A stretch of DNA of 61,667 nt, the filler included, from Basidiobolus ranarum (taxonomy: Eukaryota): assembly GCA_040143965.1 (NCBI GenBank). It is 23 parts of 23 records of this genome, joined end to end, with 100 filler letters (N's around TTAATTAATTAA, not from the genome) between each part and the next. Parts side by side here need not be neighbours in the genome. Positions count along the whole stretch, not along the records: positions 1 to 2,595 come from JASJQH010003164.1; positions 2,696 to 5,289 come from JASJQH010003165.1; positions 5,390 to 7,981 come from JASJQH010003166.1; positions 8,082 to 10,672 come from JASJQH010003167.1; positions 10,773 to 13,362 come from JASJQH010003168.1; 18 more parts are not named here. One strand, given 5' to 3'. A model generated the notes under the pieces. It made no database searches. It was given only the letters and a program-made list of their open reading frames with translations, and was not told where the DNA came from. Shown one piece after another: positions 1-12,573 of the stretch; position 1 is the first letter of the stretch; the number at the start of each line of letters is the position of its first letter. Both the position numbers and the translations under genes were made by a program.

Positions 1-250
1 GACACGAGGAATACGCGATCGATTTGGATTCACGTGATCTTGTTACATTTAGAAGCAAAAACATCGAACTATTTGGAAATACAAATGTGTGATTGTGCGG
101 GGTATGAGATAATATAAAGAATAATGACTTTTGTTAAGTTAATTTATGTAATTTAAGGCCTAGACCTGTGTCTTGCGAAGACCATTGATACAATAGTAAT
201 GATAGGGTGTGTGTCGAGGATTTAGTACTTTACTCTGGTATATTAAACGA

Positions 251-1561
251 CTAAAATTTAAGGGTCTTTGGTTTTTCCCAGGAAAATTCCTCACGGCCAA
301 AATGGCCATAACAGGCAGTTTTACGATAAATGGGTTTCCAAAGATCAAGCTCCTTAACGATGACTCCTGGTCTTAGGTCAAAATTGTCTTTGATAATTTT
401 TAGAAGGTCTTCGTTGGACTTGGTTGAAGTTCCATAAGTGTCTACAAATACTGAAAGGGGTTCAGCGACACCGATAGCATAGGAAAGCTGGACAAGGCAA
501 CGACGAGCTAATTTCGCTGCGACTAAAGACTTTGCAATCCAACGTGCAGTATATGCGGCAGATCGATCTACCTTCGACCAATCTTTTCCGGAAAAAGCAC
601 CTCCACCATGAGCACCCCAGCCGCCGTATGTGTCCACAATGATTTTCCGTCCCGTTAGACCAGCATCACCTTGAGGACCTCCGATAATAAATTTACCCGA
701 AGGATTCAAATGATAGACAGTTTTTTCGTCCATGAATTTCGCAGGTATTACCTCTTGAATAACACATTCTTGTAATTTTTTTCTAATAGTCTCGTTATCT
801 ACATCAGGTGAATGTTGAGTAGAAATAACAACGGTGTCAACACGAAGAGGAATCATGGCGCCATTATCATTCTTGTATTCAACCGTTACTTGTGTCTTGG
901 TATCTGGACGTAACCATGGTAAAGTTCCATTCCTACGTAATTCACTTAATTTCATGTTAAGTTGATGAGATAACATGATTGTAAGTGGCATTAGTTCCTT
1001 GGTTTCGTCAGTTGCGTAACCGAACATAATTCCTTGATCACCAGCGCCAATATCTTCTATGTTCTCACTAATTTGAACTAATCCTTGAGCAATATCAGGG
1101 GATTGTTGTTCCACTGCAACTAGAACGTTGCAAGTCTTATAGTCAAATCCTAGGGTCATCATATTTCAGTGAGGTGCTTTGGCAAATATATTTCTACAGT
1201 TAGGAATAGAATGAAAAATACCTAGTTCAGAGTTGGTGTAGCCGATATCATGTACCGTCTCTCGAATGATAGCTTGAAAATCCAAGTTGGCTTTGGTAGT
1301 GATCTCTCCCAGTACCATAATCATACCAGTCTTGCTGGCGGTCTCACAAGCAACTTTAGCAAATGGTTCCTGTGCAAGACAGGCATCAAGAATTGCGTCA
1401 GAAATCTGGTCACATATTTTATCTAAATTGAGAAAAGTTCGTTGAACAGGTCATTATGTCAGACAATGAAGATGGAAGGTTTGCTTTGAAAAAGTTTACA
1501 TACCTGGATGGCCTTCACCGACAGATTCCGAAGTGAAAAGAAAAGTATCTTGAGTTGACAT
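251..1561 (-). CDS. SAM2: S-adenosylmethionine synthetase, complete, 3 exons (1561-1504, 1422-1222, 1149-251), 385 aa
   Basis: Spliced translation begins [35 protein letters not shown] and contains [40 protein letters not shown] and YGHFGR. Two GT-AG introns (1503-1423, 1221-1150) keep frame (58+201+899=1158 nt). TAG stop. The ORF-track start at 1162 is intronic. Confidence 0.98.
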
Positions 1562-2595
1562 AGTATAAACTTCTTTGAGAACTGAAATCTTTGACTTTGG
1601 CCCGGAACTCGCTGAGAATTACTTGAAGAAATAGACGTAGTGCTTTGGTTTTAACTCCTTTGTGAAGTCAAACCAATAAGAGGTCACGATCATCCAACCA
1701 GTTGATTGATAAGTAAGGGTTAGGGGAGCAAGCTAGTCACACAATAGTGCATCGGATGCTTGACCAATTATCTTGAGAGGTTATCAGGTGATATCCGACA
1801 CCCCTATTAAACAAAATTCGTTTGTACCACTTTGGTTAATGTTAGGTAAGGGGCTGAGTTTTGAATTTACTAAAAGTACCACACGTGCCAGCTCTAAGCC
1901 TCCAAAAAAAGGTGCTAATAGGACTTCGATTAAGGGGTGCCATAGATACCAAGGGTAACAGACTGACGAACGTGAGCCAGAATATGAGTACACAGTGACA
2001 ATTCCATCGAATAAAATAAAAGTATTCAAAATCATAGCGAAGTTAAAGAAATAGGGGGCTCGAATTGTATTAGTCACATCTTGTGATAGATGACAGGTTC
2101 TAAATTAAATCAACGACAAGCAACATACATCCCAAATCCATCAGAAATCTTTCTGACGCTGAAACCAATGCCAGAGTTGCTAGGAAATATTTGAGTCAGA
2201 GCCAGACTAAAGTAGCTTAGCCACTATAGTATGCTTGTAAATGTTCCATGTTCATATGTAAGTTGGCTAGACTTTTTACCATTCCGAGCTCCATTCTGAA
2301 CTGAATCATACATTGTTTCTGCAGAACTGTGGTTTGACTATATCACTTTAGGGACACCTGGATTTACTCTAACGCCTTTATATGGCCGCCATGCTCTTAC
2401 TCCCCCGGCCGCGCATCTGTGACATATTCTCTTTCTCGAACTAACTTCATCTGCAAGCAAAATGACTGCTCGAGGGGTGAGTAGCAACTTGATTCTTGGC
2501 TCTCTTACAAAGTCTAAATTTCGAAGTTGTAGAGCTTGACACCAAGTCAAATGGAATAGGGAGCTGCCGTGTTGATGTCCAGGATAGAGTTTGAT

Positions 2596-2695
2596 NNNNN
2601 NNNNNNNNNNNNNNNNNNNNNNNNNNNNNNNNNNNNNNNTTAATTAATTAANNNNNNNNNNNNNNNNNNNNNNNNNNNNNNNNNNNNNNNNNNNN
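2596..2695. other. Artificial contig spacer N44-TTAATTAATTAA-N44 (first of 22)
   Basis: Identical 100-nt spacer with six-frame stops every ~2.68 kb. Contigs: 1-2595, 2696-5289, 5390-7981, 8082-10672, 10773-13362, 13463-16051, 16152-18740, 18841-21428, 21529-24116, 24217-26804, 26905-29490, 29591-32176, 32277-34862, 34963-37547, 37648-40230, 40331-42912, 43013-45594, 45695-48274, 48375-50954, 51055-53634, 53735-56312, 56413-58990, 59091-61667. Confidence 0.99.
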
Positions 2696-4020
2696 TCAAA
2701 GCAGCCTTTCTGAATTGAAATCTAGCAGACTAGATCTATATGGAGAAACCCAATGAATTTGTTAACTCAAAACACCCTGATATGGTCTGTAAACTGCAAA
2801 TATTGCCAAATGGACTCAAACAAGCACCCAGGGCTTGGAATAACAAAACAAATACTTAATTGAATCACTAGAATTCCAAAGATTCAAAGAAGATCACTGT
2901 ATTTACATCAGAACAGCTAGAAATAGGATGCTGATGTTGCAACTATATGACAATGACTTGATCATAGCCACAAATGATCTAGAAGAACTTAATCAGACAC
3001 AAGCAGCTTATCAAGTCAATTTAGCTGACGAAATTTTGAAGGCTATAGTGATGCAGACTGGGGAAGAACCCTTGATGATAGAAGATCTGCAACTCACAAA
3101 ACTGAAGTAAAAAATTTTCTGGTAATTGAGAGAAACTCTAGATCAAGTTCTGCAATACTCTTGCACTGCTGATGCCCAAAAATTTGAAGGCTTCAGTGAT
3201 GCAGACTGGGAGGAAACTTTGATGATAGAAGATTAACAACTGCATACACTATTCTCTAAGGTGATGGCGACATCCCTTGGAATAGTAAGAATCAACCAGC
3301 CTTAGCACTTTCCACTATGGAAGCAGAGCATATGGCTGCCTCTGCTGCTACAGAAGAAACTATGTGGCTCAGGGATTTATTTACAGCCTTAGCATACATG
3401 CAAAAAATGTGTATCACTTTATTCAATGATAATCAAAGTTGTACTACATTAGCCAAAAATTCTGCATTTTGTGCTATGACAAAACATATAGTTATTAGGC
3501 ATCATTTTAGTATAGAAGCAATAGAGAATGATATAATTGAATTTGTCTATTGCCCTACTGAAGAAATGATTGCTGACATCTTGACAAAACCCTTAGGTAT
3601 AGCACAATTTGAATTATTAAGAAATAAGTTAGATTTATAAGAAATACAAAATAATTAGTTGAATAGGGATGTTGAAATTAGGAAAATAGCCACTCATTAT
3701 GTTGTGATTAGTTTATTCATATTTTGATTATTTAGTACTCAATTTGGTCATTCAAAAATGTGTGATTATTGCTCTAATTAATACAAATATCAATCAGACC
3801 CCTTTTACCAATTTTCACTATTTTCTTGAATCTTCTGCAAATCATCTCAAATTTTCACTTATGCTTAACAAGCATGTTTGTGGTGATCAAAGTATTCCAA
3901 TAGTCCAGTTTCATAGTAAACTCTAAATAGGACATATTCAATTTGATAAAACCTAAGTGTCTAATTTACAAATCCAAATCTCGTCCAAAACATTTACAAA
4001 TCCCCTATACACTTTTATCA
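2696..4020 (+). mobile_element. Decayed Ty1/copia element: RT-RNase H, PPT and 3' LTR (family A, 3670-4020)
   Basis: AFLN, GLKQAPRAWN, degenerate YVDD (LYDNDLII), GFSDADW, DNQSC, TKHI, MIADILTKPL; purine tract before an LTR starting TGTTGAAATTAG and ending CA; many stops and frameshifts. Confidence 0.93.
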
Positions 4021-4039
4021 GATTTCTTGATAATAAAGA

Positions 4040-5105
4040 TGAACATTTTGCTACACTTTTCTCTTGGGTAAACAAACCATAATTTGGTATTGTAAGAAGC
4101 AATCACCATCACACTTTCCACTATAGAAGTGAGTATATGGCTGCATCTACTACTACACAAGAAGCTATATGCTTAAGGAAGCTGTTTATCAACTTGGGAT
4201 ACATGGAAATATGGGCTTTTCTGTAGTTGAAGATAATGAAAGTTATATTTCATTTGTTAAAAACCCTACATTTCACACTAGAGCAAAACATGTAGATATT
4301 TAGCATCATTTTGTTATAAAATCAAAAAAGAATGATATTATTGAACTTGCCAATTCCCCTCCTAAGAAAAAATTGCTGATATCTTGATCAAGCCTTTAGC
4401 TCAAGCAAAATTTAAACTATCAAGATATATGTTAGGCTTGAGAGCAATACAAAATAATTAGTTCAGTGGGAAAATTGAAATCAGCTAATTAGCAACTCTC
4501 AATTTAGTAGCTAGTTTGTTCATGTTATGTTTATTTAGCACTTAATTCTGCTTTTCAAAAACATGTGTTTGTTTATCTAATTGATAGAAACATCTATTTG
4601 ATCACTTTCACCAATTTTGACTATTTTGTCAAAATTTCTCCAAATCACCTCAATTTTTCACCCATGCATTACAGGCATGTTTTTTATGATCCAAGCACTT
4701 CTGATAGTCCAGTTTCACAGTATACTATGCAAAGGGCAAGTTCATTTCCATAAAACCTGAGTGTCTAACTCACAAATCTGAATCTTGTCCAAAACCATAT
4801 CAAGTCCCCTGAGCACTTTTGTCAATATTGAGCTGAATATGTCTGCGCTGCTGTCTATACCAAAACCAGATGCCCTGCAAGTTTGTTACAATATTCTATT
4901 CCATTAGAAGCCCTATCTGAATCAACACCACGTGTTAATTTTCTCAGAATCTTTGGTTGCATAGCATATTGTCTGATTCTGGCTCTGCTGAAATTAGGTA
5001 AATAGCAACTCCTTTTGTAGTAGTTAGTTTATTCATATTCTGATTATTTAGCACCCAATTCTATTACTCAAAAATGTGTGTTTATTGCTCTAATTGATAG
5101 AAATA
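4040..5105 (+). mobile_element. Second copia RNase H relic, family A LTR (~4473-4824), integrase scrap and partial third LTR
   Basis: KHVDI*HHF and IADILIKPL motifs; LTR aligns by eye to 3670-4020; LRIFGCIAY motif near 4945. Confidence 0.85.
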
Positions 5106-5389
5106 ATAGACTTGTTCCATTTTATTGAGCCAGATCAGGCCAGCTAAAAAGTGTGCCAGCACAAATTGGCATGATTGGGCACTATCTGGCACAATGTTAT
5201 TTACCATTTTGGAAACAGTTTATTTTACTTATGTGGTATGTTTAAGAAAAGTACTATTAGACATTATTGCCCATTCAAAAGATAATGAANNNNNNNNNNN
5301 NNNNNNNNNNNNNNNNNNNNNNNNNNNNNNNNNTTAATTAATTAANNNNNNNNNNNNNNNNNNNNNNNNNNNNNNNNNNNNNNNNNNNN

Positions 5390-6740
5390 TAAATGAAGCA
5401 CAACTGTGCCCTTACCAACTGCATCTAGTGCATAGTCATCACCCAAGTAGACTCTCCTTGTTTGGATTGGTTTTAAGCTGGAAAACCAATATTTTTTGTT
5501 TGACATATGCTGGGAAGTTCCAGAATCAATGTACCACATTTCTGAGTCTTCTTTAGTGATTACTGATAGGGCAGACACAAATAGATGATTCCTATCAGTG
5601 CTGACTTGATTTGCTTGTTCCAATTTTAGCATTATGGAAAAAATCCTTTTTCTGCCATCCATGATTAAATGGCCTGGTTTCTTGCAATACTTGCAGAAGA
5701 TTCATTTCCTATCAGAGGTACCATTATTGAAGCCTGTTGGATTTTTTTCAGCTCAAAAAAATGCCTGTTCTGCATCATTCTACTAAATTTTAATGTTCTT
5801 AATTCCTCCTCCAAAAGTTTATAACCAGTATATTCAGTTGTTAATGACTCTGAATTTGATTCTGGAGAAATTATGAGGTTCCCAAACTTGTCTAGCAGGC
5901 TCCAAAGTAGTGTCATGACTAAGTCTTCATTTAGAGGTGCTCCAATGGATGAGAGCTGATCTGCCAAAGTATTTATCCAAATTATATGATTAAGCATTGA
6001 ATCATCAGATTTCATCTGAATTGAGAATAATATTCACCTAGGATATAGCCTATTAGCCAGACTTTTGGTCTTATATAGTCATGTGTTTCCCAAGCATTTT
6101 GGACATTTTTGGCTGATTGCATGTGCCACAAATGAGAGTCTTGGAGATGTAGACAAACTGAAGAGGGTGCTTTATTCTGCTTCTTGTGAAATGCAGGGAA
6201 AGCTTCTGGTAGTCCGGTTGGCTCTACTTCTTCTCCTGTAACATATCCCCAAAGGTCCTTGTCTTCTAGCACCATTTACATCTTCAACTTTCAAAGGTGA
6301 AAGTCTTCACAATCAAACTTCTCTGTGGATGCAAAAACATTGGTAATAGTACTGGAAGACATTCCTTTTGCAGCTAGCTTGGGGCTCATAACCCAATATA
6401 ATAATAATAAGTGTTGAGGGGATCCGGAAGTATGTTGGACAAGATTTAGAGTTGTGAATTAGACACTTAAGTTTTATTGAATTGAATATGTCCCATTTAT
6501 AGTATACTATGAAATAGGACTATTGGACAAGCTCAGATCACAACAAACATGCTTGTTAAGCATGGCTGAATATTTTAGCTGATTTGAAGAAGATTTGAGA
6601 AAATAGTGAAAATTGGTATAGGTGATCTAATTGATATTTCAATCAATTAGAGCAATAAACACATGATTTTGAATGACAGAATTAAGCACTGAACAATCAG
6701 AAGCTAAATAAACTAACTAATAAATAATGAGTTGCTACAT
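5390..6740 (-). mobile_element. Copia family A 5' end: LTR, PBS (6382-6393), gag, aspartic protease
   Basis: MVLEDKDLWGYV, LLWSLLDKF (copia gag LLxSLP), WYIDSGTSQHM protease motif; PBS GGTTATGAGCCC; paralogous to 33930-34862. Confidence 0.93.
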
Positions 6741-6759
6741 ATATGTATTCCAGCTATAA

Positions 6760-7981
6760 TTAACAGCAAACAATACAAGAATCTTGTTGCATTTAGTCTC
6801 TAAATATGAACATACTTGATTATGCAGATATAACTCAATAATATCAATTTGCTTTACTAGCAAACTAGTGGTAGAAAAATTTCTAAATGTTTGAAATTTT
6901 TAATAGCACTAACACTTTGCAAATAAGTGACTCTTGTTACCATTCACAATGAGAATAGTCAATTGGTTTTTGCCAACTTTCCATACAGAACTCAGCCACA
7001 ATCTCCTTAAGTTCAAGTCAACAAAAAACCTGCCACAAGTAGATGTGTCATTGCTTGAATAGATTACCCCATGGCTAAAGCAATAATACTGTGTATCATG
7101 ATCTATCACACCAAGAAGTATGTCTTGCAGCTTTCATGGAAATACTGTCAGATAGTCACACAAACAAATCAGTCTGATTATAGAGGTACTTACCCATAAT
7201 CCATGGATTGGGTTTTGTTGCTGTCATTGTGCTCAAAGAATGCAAAAACCTGTTAGCACTTTGAAAAAGCCCTTTGTTGGAAGGTTAATATATACTGAAG
7301 TTTTCTTCACTTGTGGCATGACATCCATTGATGATTTTGCTGACAAATTGCTAATCAGATTAGCATATGGTACTACTAACAACTTCACACAGAGCATCAT
7401 TTCATCACTGGTGTGTTTTGTTGGGAAATCCCAAAATGTATAGCAAAGGACTACAATCTTAAAGAATTGTGAAAGATGCAGCAGGGAATGTATTGAATAC
7501 TGGCATAGATTGACACTGAATCTTTAAACCTGTGACAAAGTTTTTCATATCCAATTACAAAATCTATGCACAGTTGCTGTACATGCCTGCAATTTGCCAA
7601 TGTGAGTTGATGCCATTAGAAAATATTAATACTATCCACAAGCAACTGCCAATGCTGTCAATACTTATCAGGCAGAAATCTTTTGCAGATTCCACTTGAA
7701 TATATTTAATACCAATACTTCCCATGTTAGCATTCGAATAAATGCCTAGTTGAGTTGCTATTGATGGTAGTCCTGTAAAATATGTTGGAATCTTGATATC
7801 TTGTAGCATTTTGCCAATTGATTCAAACTCTGATCCTATCTAGTAAGGCTCAATCAGATGGAGTTTTTCACTATACAGCTGAGAAAGTAGTTTTGGAATG
7901 ATGTTAAATAGTAAGTGCATAGTGCCTAATGGGAAGCTCTGTCTCAGGCTGATCCTCTTGAGTGATATAATCTCAGGCTTA
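6760..7981 (-). mobile_element. CMC/EnSpm (CACTA-like) transposase relic, C-terminal part
   Basis: Aligns with copies at 10773-12190, 16152-17644 and 30697-32176; degenerate LLHL..GP..TFWxFPxEH motif. Confidence 0.8.
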
Positions 7982-8081
7982 NNNNNNNNNNNNNNNNNNN
8001 NNNNNNNNNNNNNNNNNNNNNNNNNTTAATTAATTAANNNNNNNNNNNNNNNNNNNNNNNNNNNNNNNNNNNNNNNNNNNN

Positions 8082-9295
8082 AAATCAATCTAAATATATT
8101 GCAGACTTTGTCAGACATTACAGGATGGAGAATTGCAAGCCAGTAGCAACTCCCATGGATCCAGGTGTGAAACTAGTCCAAAAATCCCATCAAAAAAGAT
8201 GAAAATCAGCTAAATATGGCTCAAAATATATCTTTTGAAAGCCCTGAGTTTCCATATCAATCTATGGTAGGTAGTTTGATCTATACTATGACTGGAACCT
8301 GACCAGATATCTCTCTTGCTGTAGGAGTAGTCAGCCAACAAGTGAAAAATCCAGGATCTGAGCATTATGATGCAGTTAAGCAGATGTTCAGATATTTGAA
8401 GGGGACAATTAATCTGGGATTAAAATGCACATATTCTTATGAGAATAAGTATCTAATTGGGTTTAGTGATGCAGATTGGGGACATGATATTGAGGGCAGA
8501 AGATCTATCACTGGATATACCTTTCTATATAGTGAAGAAGTCATATCTTGGAATAGCAAGAAACAACCCACCTTATCACTTTAAACAACTGAAGCAGAGT
8601 ACAAAAGAGCATCACATACAACAAAGGAGGCTATGTGGCTAAGAAAACTGCTCAAAGACTTGGGCATGTTTTGAACTTCAACCACCATAATCTTCAAGGA
8701 TAATCAAAGTTGTATATCTTTGGTTAAAAATCCCAAATTTCATACTAGAAGTAGGCACATTGACATTCAACATCACTTTCTTATGGAAGCTATTGATAAT
8801 AAGCACATCCAACTATAGTACCATCCAACTGCGGACATGATTGCAAACATCCTTACCAAACCATTACCCAAGCCAAAATTTGAAAAATGAAGATTACAGT
8901 TAGGATCAAGATATATGAATATTTAGTTGAGTGGGAGTGTTGAAGTTTATTGTCTTTAAACATATTTGTTATCTCTATCTGTATACACCTAACTATTTCA
9001 TATATTACATAAGAGTTAGTCAACACTACCTAGTCAAATATCACTTAGCTAAAAATCAGAACATAAATTATATATATATGTGAATAGTGTGAGAATGAGC
9101 AATTCCATATTGGATATTTCAAACTTATCCAAATTGCAACAGAAATAGCTCATTTTACTCCCACAGTGTTAGTTTCTAGTATTTCCACCAAAATATACAA
9201 ATGCTTGATTTCTGGACAATAAACAATTATCTCACAAAGCTAAATGCAACTCCACTTTTCTAAAGTTCCTCCAAACAGCCCATATTTTCCCAATA
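8082..9295 (+). mobile_element. Copia RT C-terminus and RNase H, PPT (8924-8937), family B LTR (8938-9295), then PBS
   Basis: CKPVATPM, YQSMVGSLIY, GT*PDI, GFSDADWG, ISWNSKKQ, HIDIQHHF, ILTKPLP; PPT TAGTTGAGTGGGAG; LTR matches 42265-42641. Confidence 0.93.
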
Positions 9296-9627
9296 GATTA
9301 TGAGCCCAGTCAGTGCTAAATCCAGAAATCCTGCTTGAGGGGGAATGTTGAAAGTCTGGTGACTTGTCGTACAGGCAATAATTCCCAAAGAGGAGAATAT
9401 GGAGTATGGTGACTGCATCTGAACACAAATTTGAAGGCAAATCAGTTGCTTGTAAATCCAAAATGCCAAAGTACCATACATTGACAGACTAGGTTAAGGT
9501 TCCCTAGCAATATAGGCATAGCATATAAGGACTGGTAGCTCAGTGGTTAGAGCACCTTACTAGAGTGAAGGAGGTCTCAGGTTCAAATCCTGGCCAGACC
9601 ATTAATTCTCCCTAAATAATTTCAACA
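9296..9627 (+). mobile_element. TRIM-like unit: PBS, tiny internal region, PPT, and a 282-bp LTR (9346-9627) containing a tRNA-like sequence
   Basis: PBS GATTATGAGCCC (9296-9307); PPT TTGAGGGGGAA directly before TGTTGAAA (9346); ends TTTCAACA (9627), a perfect 8-bp terminal inverted repeat; 3' junction interrupts a repeat also seen, reversed, at ~24029-24081. Confidence 0.7.
9529..9601 (+). tRNA. tRNA-like sequence (pseudo-tRNA or Pol III cassette); nominal anticodon AGA, identity indeterminate
   Basis: 73 nt; acceptor GGACTGG/CCAGACC (one mismatch), D stem GCTC/GAGC, anticodon stem CCTT/AAGG plus A.G mismatch, 5-nt variable loop, T stem TCAGG/CCTGG with TTCAAAT loop. A box TAGCTCAGTGG 9536-9546; B box GGTTCAAATCC 9580-9590. 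The short variable loop is incompatible with a true tRNA-Ser. Confidence 0.75.
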
Positions 9628-9749
9628 TAGCCTCTATATTTAGTACAGGAATATCCCTATATCTATATAACAAGTATGTCACAGTAACATCACATATCCA
9701 ATACATCCCATTACTCAAACTCCTGAATAACTCAAACATTTGATTTAAT

Positions 9750-10672
9750 TATCTACTATATAAGGCACCATATACTGTTAAGAATAGAGTAGCTAAAACA
9801 TGCTATCATAAGTTGCTTCCAATATTCAAAGTTCACCCCCCCCCATTGCAGCATCCTCCAACAGTGGCACAGCCATGAAATGTTTTATTGCTGGATTTTC
9901 CTGATATTCTTTTACTAAGCTTACAGCTGTAGCAACAGCAGGCCTATATGTACATTCAGACATACTAAATATTTTTAAAGCAACTCTATATATCTCTCTT
10001 GTTTAATACAAAATGTTCTAGTATTGATATCTTGCCATATGTTCATTTCAAGACAATATGATAGTGATCAAAGATCTTCTATTTCAAATTTGTTCCAGGT
10101 GTATATCTTCATCAATTTCCCACTCAGAAATTATGCTTACTATTAATTTGTTCAATCAGCATACCTTGGTGAGTAATAGAAGCCAAGATTACTTTTATTT
10201 AGTTAAATATAGCACCAGGAGAAAATGTTCCAACATAGTCAAGGCCATGTTTCTGAGCATAGCCATTGACTACTAATCAGGCTTTATGCTGGTTGCTAGA
10301 TCTATCAGAGTTAACTTTCAATTTTAGCACCCTTCTGTTACAAATGGGTTTTCTTCTAATAGGCATGTCCACAAGGATCCATTTGTTCTTCTTGATTAGG
10401 GAGTGATTTCAATCATCAGTGGCTATTCTTCATTCTGTCACTTCATCATATTTCCAAGCATGTCTCAAATTTTCTGGTTCAGCAAAGGCTATATATGCAA
10501 ATGTATTCCATCCTTTTTCTAAGTCAAGTTTATAGATTTTATGCTCTGATTTGAGTTCTCCATAGTCCTAGGTAGAAAGATCAGGTGTTATACTTATAAA
10601 ACAATTTTTATATTTTTCATTGGCAGAGATAGCATGCTGATTTGCAGAAGCTGATCCTAAGTTACCAATTTC
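9750..10672 (-). mobile_element. Heavily decayed copia fragments (RT N-terminus; gag scrap)
   Basis: Minus strand reads AYIAFAEPENLRHA..WILVDMPIRRKPI, typical of the start of copia RT; many stops. Confidence 0.65.
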
Positions 10673-10772
10673 NNNNNNNNNNNNNNNNNNNNNNNNNNNN
10701 NNNNNNNNNNNNNNNNTTAATTAATTAANNNNNNNNNNNNNNNNNNNNNNNNNNNNNNNNNNNNNNNNNNNN

Positions 10773-12190
10773 CAAAAAACCCATGAGCTCATTGAAAAGA
10801 GCCCTTTGTTGGAAGGTTAATATACTCTGAAGTCTCCTTGACCCATTGTATTACAACCAGCACTAATTTTGCTGATGCATTGTTAATCAGATTGTCATGT
10901 TGTAATACTGACAACTTCACTTGGAACATCATTTCACCACAGATGTGCTCTATGGGGAACTCCCAGAATGTATAGGAAAGGCCTTTAATCTCTAAGCTTT
11001 GTGAAAGATGCAGCAAGGAATGTATTGAATACTAGCATAGAGTCCGTCAATCTTCTTTAAACCTGAAATAAAGTTTTTCATATCCAATTATAAAATCTTT
11101 GCACAGTTGCTGTATCTGCCCATGATATGCCAATGTGAGTTGATGCCATAAGAATATATTAACAATATGCACAAGCAACTCCCAATGCTGCCAATACTTA
11201 TCAGGTGGGAATATTTCCAAGTTCCACTTGATTATATACATTTCCAATACTTCCAGTCTTTGCATTTGAATAAATGCCTAGATGAGTAGATATTGATTGG
11301 AGTCCTGGTAAATTGTGATGGTATCTTGATGTTTTCAAACATTTTCCCAATCATTTTGAACTTTGATCCCATCTCAAATGGTTTATTTTATTGAATTTTC
11401 TACTATATATCTGATTAAGTAGTTTTGAAATGTTTTTGAATGGTAAGTGCATGATGCCTAATAGGAAGCTCTGGCCCCAGCTGATTCTGTTTAGCAACAT
11501 AATCTTAGACTTACAGCTAATCCCAAGTTTGATGTTAGAATGATTGATTGCTGTATTGATATCAGTGAACATGTTGAAATCTGACCGGTCACTTGATGGT
11601 AAAATAATGTATCTTTGTCTTGTATTTGGACAGTACTAATGCCTCTGCCTGGTAGAGCAAACCTTGTTGATTGGACAAAATTTACAACAAGATAGTGCAT
11701 TGTGCCCACAAAAGCCTCAAAGTTTACTGATAACAGGAGTGTAACCAATACATACAACAATATTAGCTCAGAAACATTTTCACCCATCTGAACCCCATTA
11801 GATAACCATTTAAATTCCTCAATCAAAGGCTCCAAGAAGCTATCAATAAGCACTGGTGATCTAGGTCCAGATATGATGGATAGTATCAAATATTATGATA
11901 CAAATACCATTCAGAAGGAGGAAGATTTAAATTAATTAAAATTATAGCCTGGCAAGCCTTTCCAATGGTATATTGGTTTGATGAGAAACCATCCAGATCC
12001 AATGCAAATGCATGATCATATGTGTTCTCAAACAAACCTTGACTTTTTGGATTCTCATAGTGATATGAGTATATTGGTAACACCATCAGCCTAGTGGTGA
12101 GTACTTTGGTAATGGATCAATGATATGTATTTAGGTGATTTCATTAAAACTTCAAGATGGGAATCAATGGTATGTGAGCCAAATATGAAA
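10773..12190 (-). mobile_element. CMC/EnSpm transposase (Transposase_21/Tnp2-like core plus C-terminal region), disrupted
   Basis: FALDLDGF, IILINLNLPPSEWY, ISGPRSPVLIDSFLEPLIEEF, GFCGHNAL..CxxC, IMHL, YWQHWELLV, LHL..TFWEFPIEHICG. Confidence 0.88.
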
Positions 12191-12218
12191 ACCTTTTACC
12201 TGATTCAGTGATTGCCAA

Positions 12219-12573
12219 CTGTTATCTCTATCTTTATACACCTAACTACTTCATATATCACATATAAGTTAGTTAACATTACTTAATCAAATATCACCTA
12301 ACCACAAATTAGAACATATATTATATGTATATATATGTGAATAATGTGAAAATTAGCAATTCCATATTGGAAATTTCAAACTTGCCCAAATTGCCCCAAC
12401 AATAGCTCATTTTACTCCCACAGGTATTCTGAACACTACCCCAGTATTAGTTTTCAGTATTTCCACCAAAATGTATAAATGCTTCACTTCTGGACAATAA
12501 ATAATTATTTCACAAAGCTATTCACAATTGCACTTTTCTAAAGTTCCTCCAAACAGCCCATATTATCTCAACA
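12219..12573 (+). mobile_element. 5'-truncated solo family B copia LTR inside the EnSpm element
   Basis: Matches 8938-9295 and 42265-42641; ends CAACA; EnSpm-associated sequence resumes at AGGGTGGTATTTTA as at ~35241. Confidence 0.85.

Noticed and set aside
1700-2595. Short ORFs and a GGGTTAGGG motif upstream of SAM synthetase
   Set aside because: ORFs lack motifs; a single telobox-like word is too weak to call.
9529-9601. Functional tRNA-Ser(AGA)
   Set aside because: No long variable arm, mismatches in acceptor and anticodon stems, no oligo-T terminator, and located inside an LTR.
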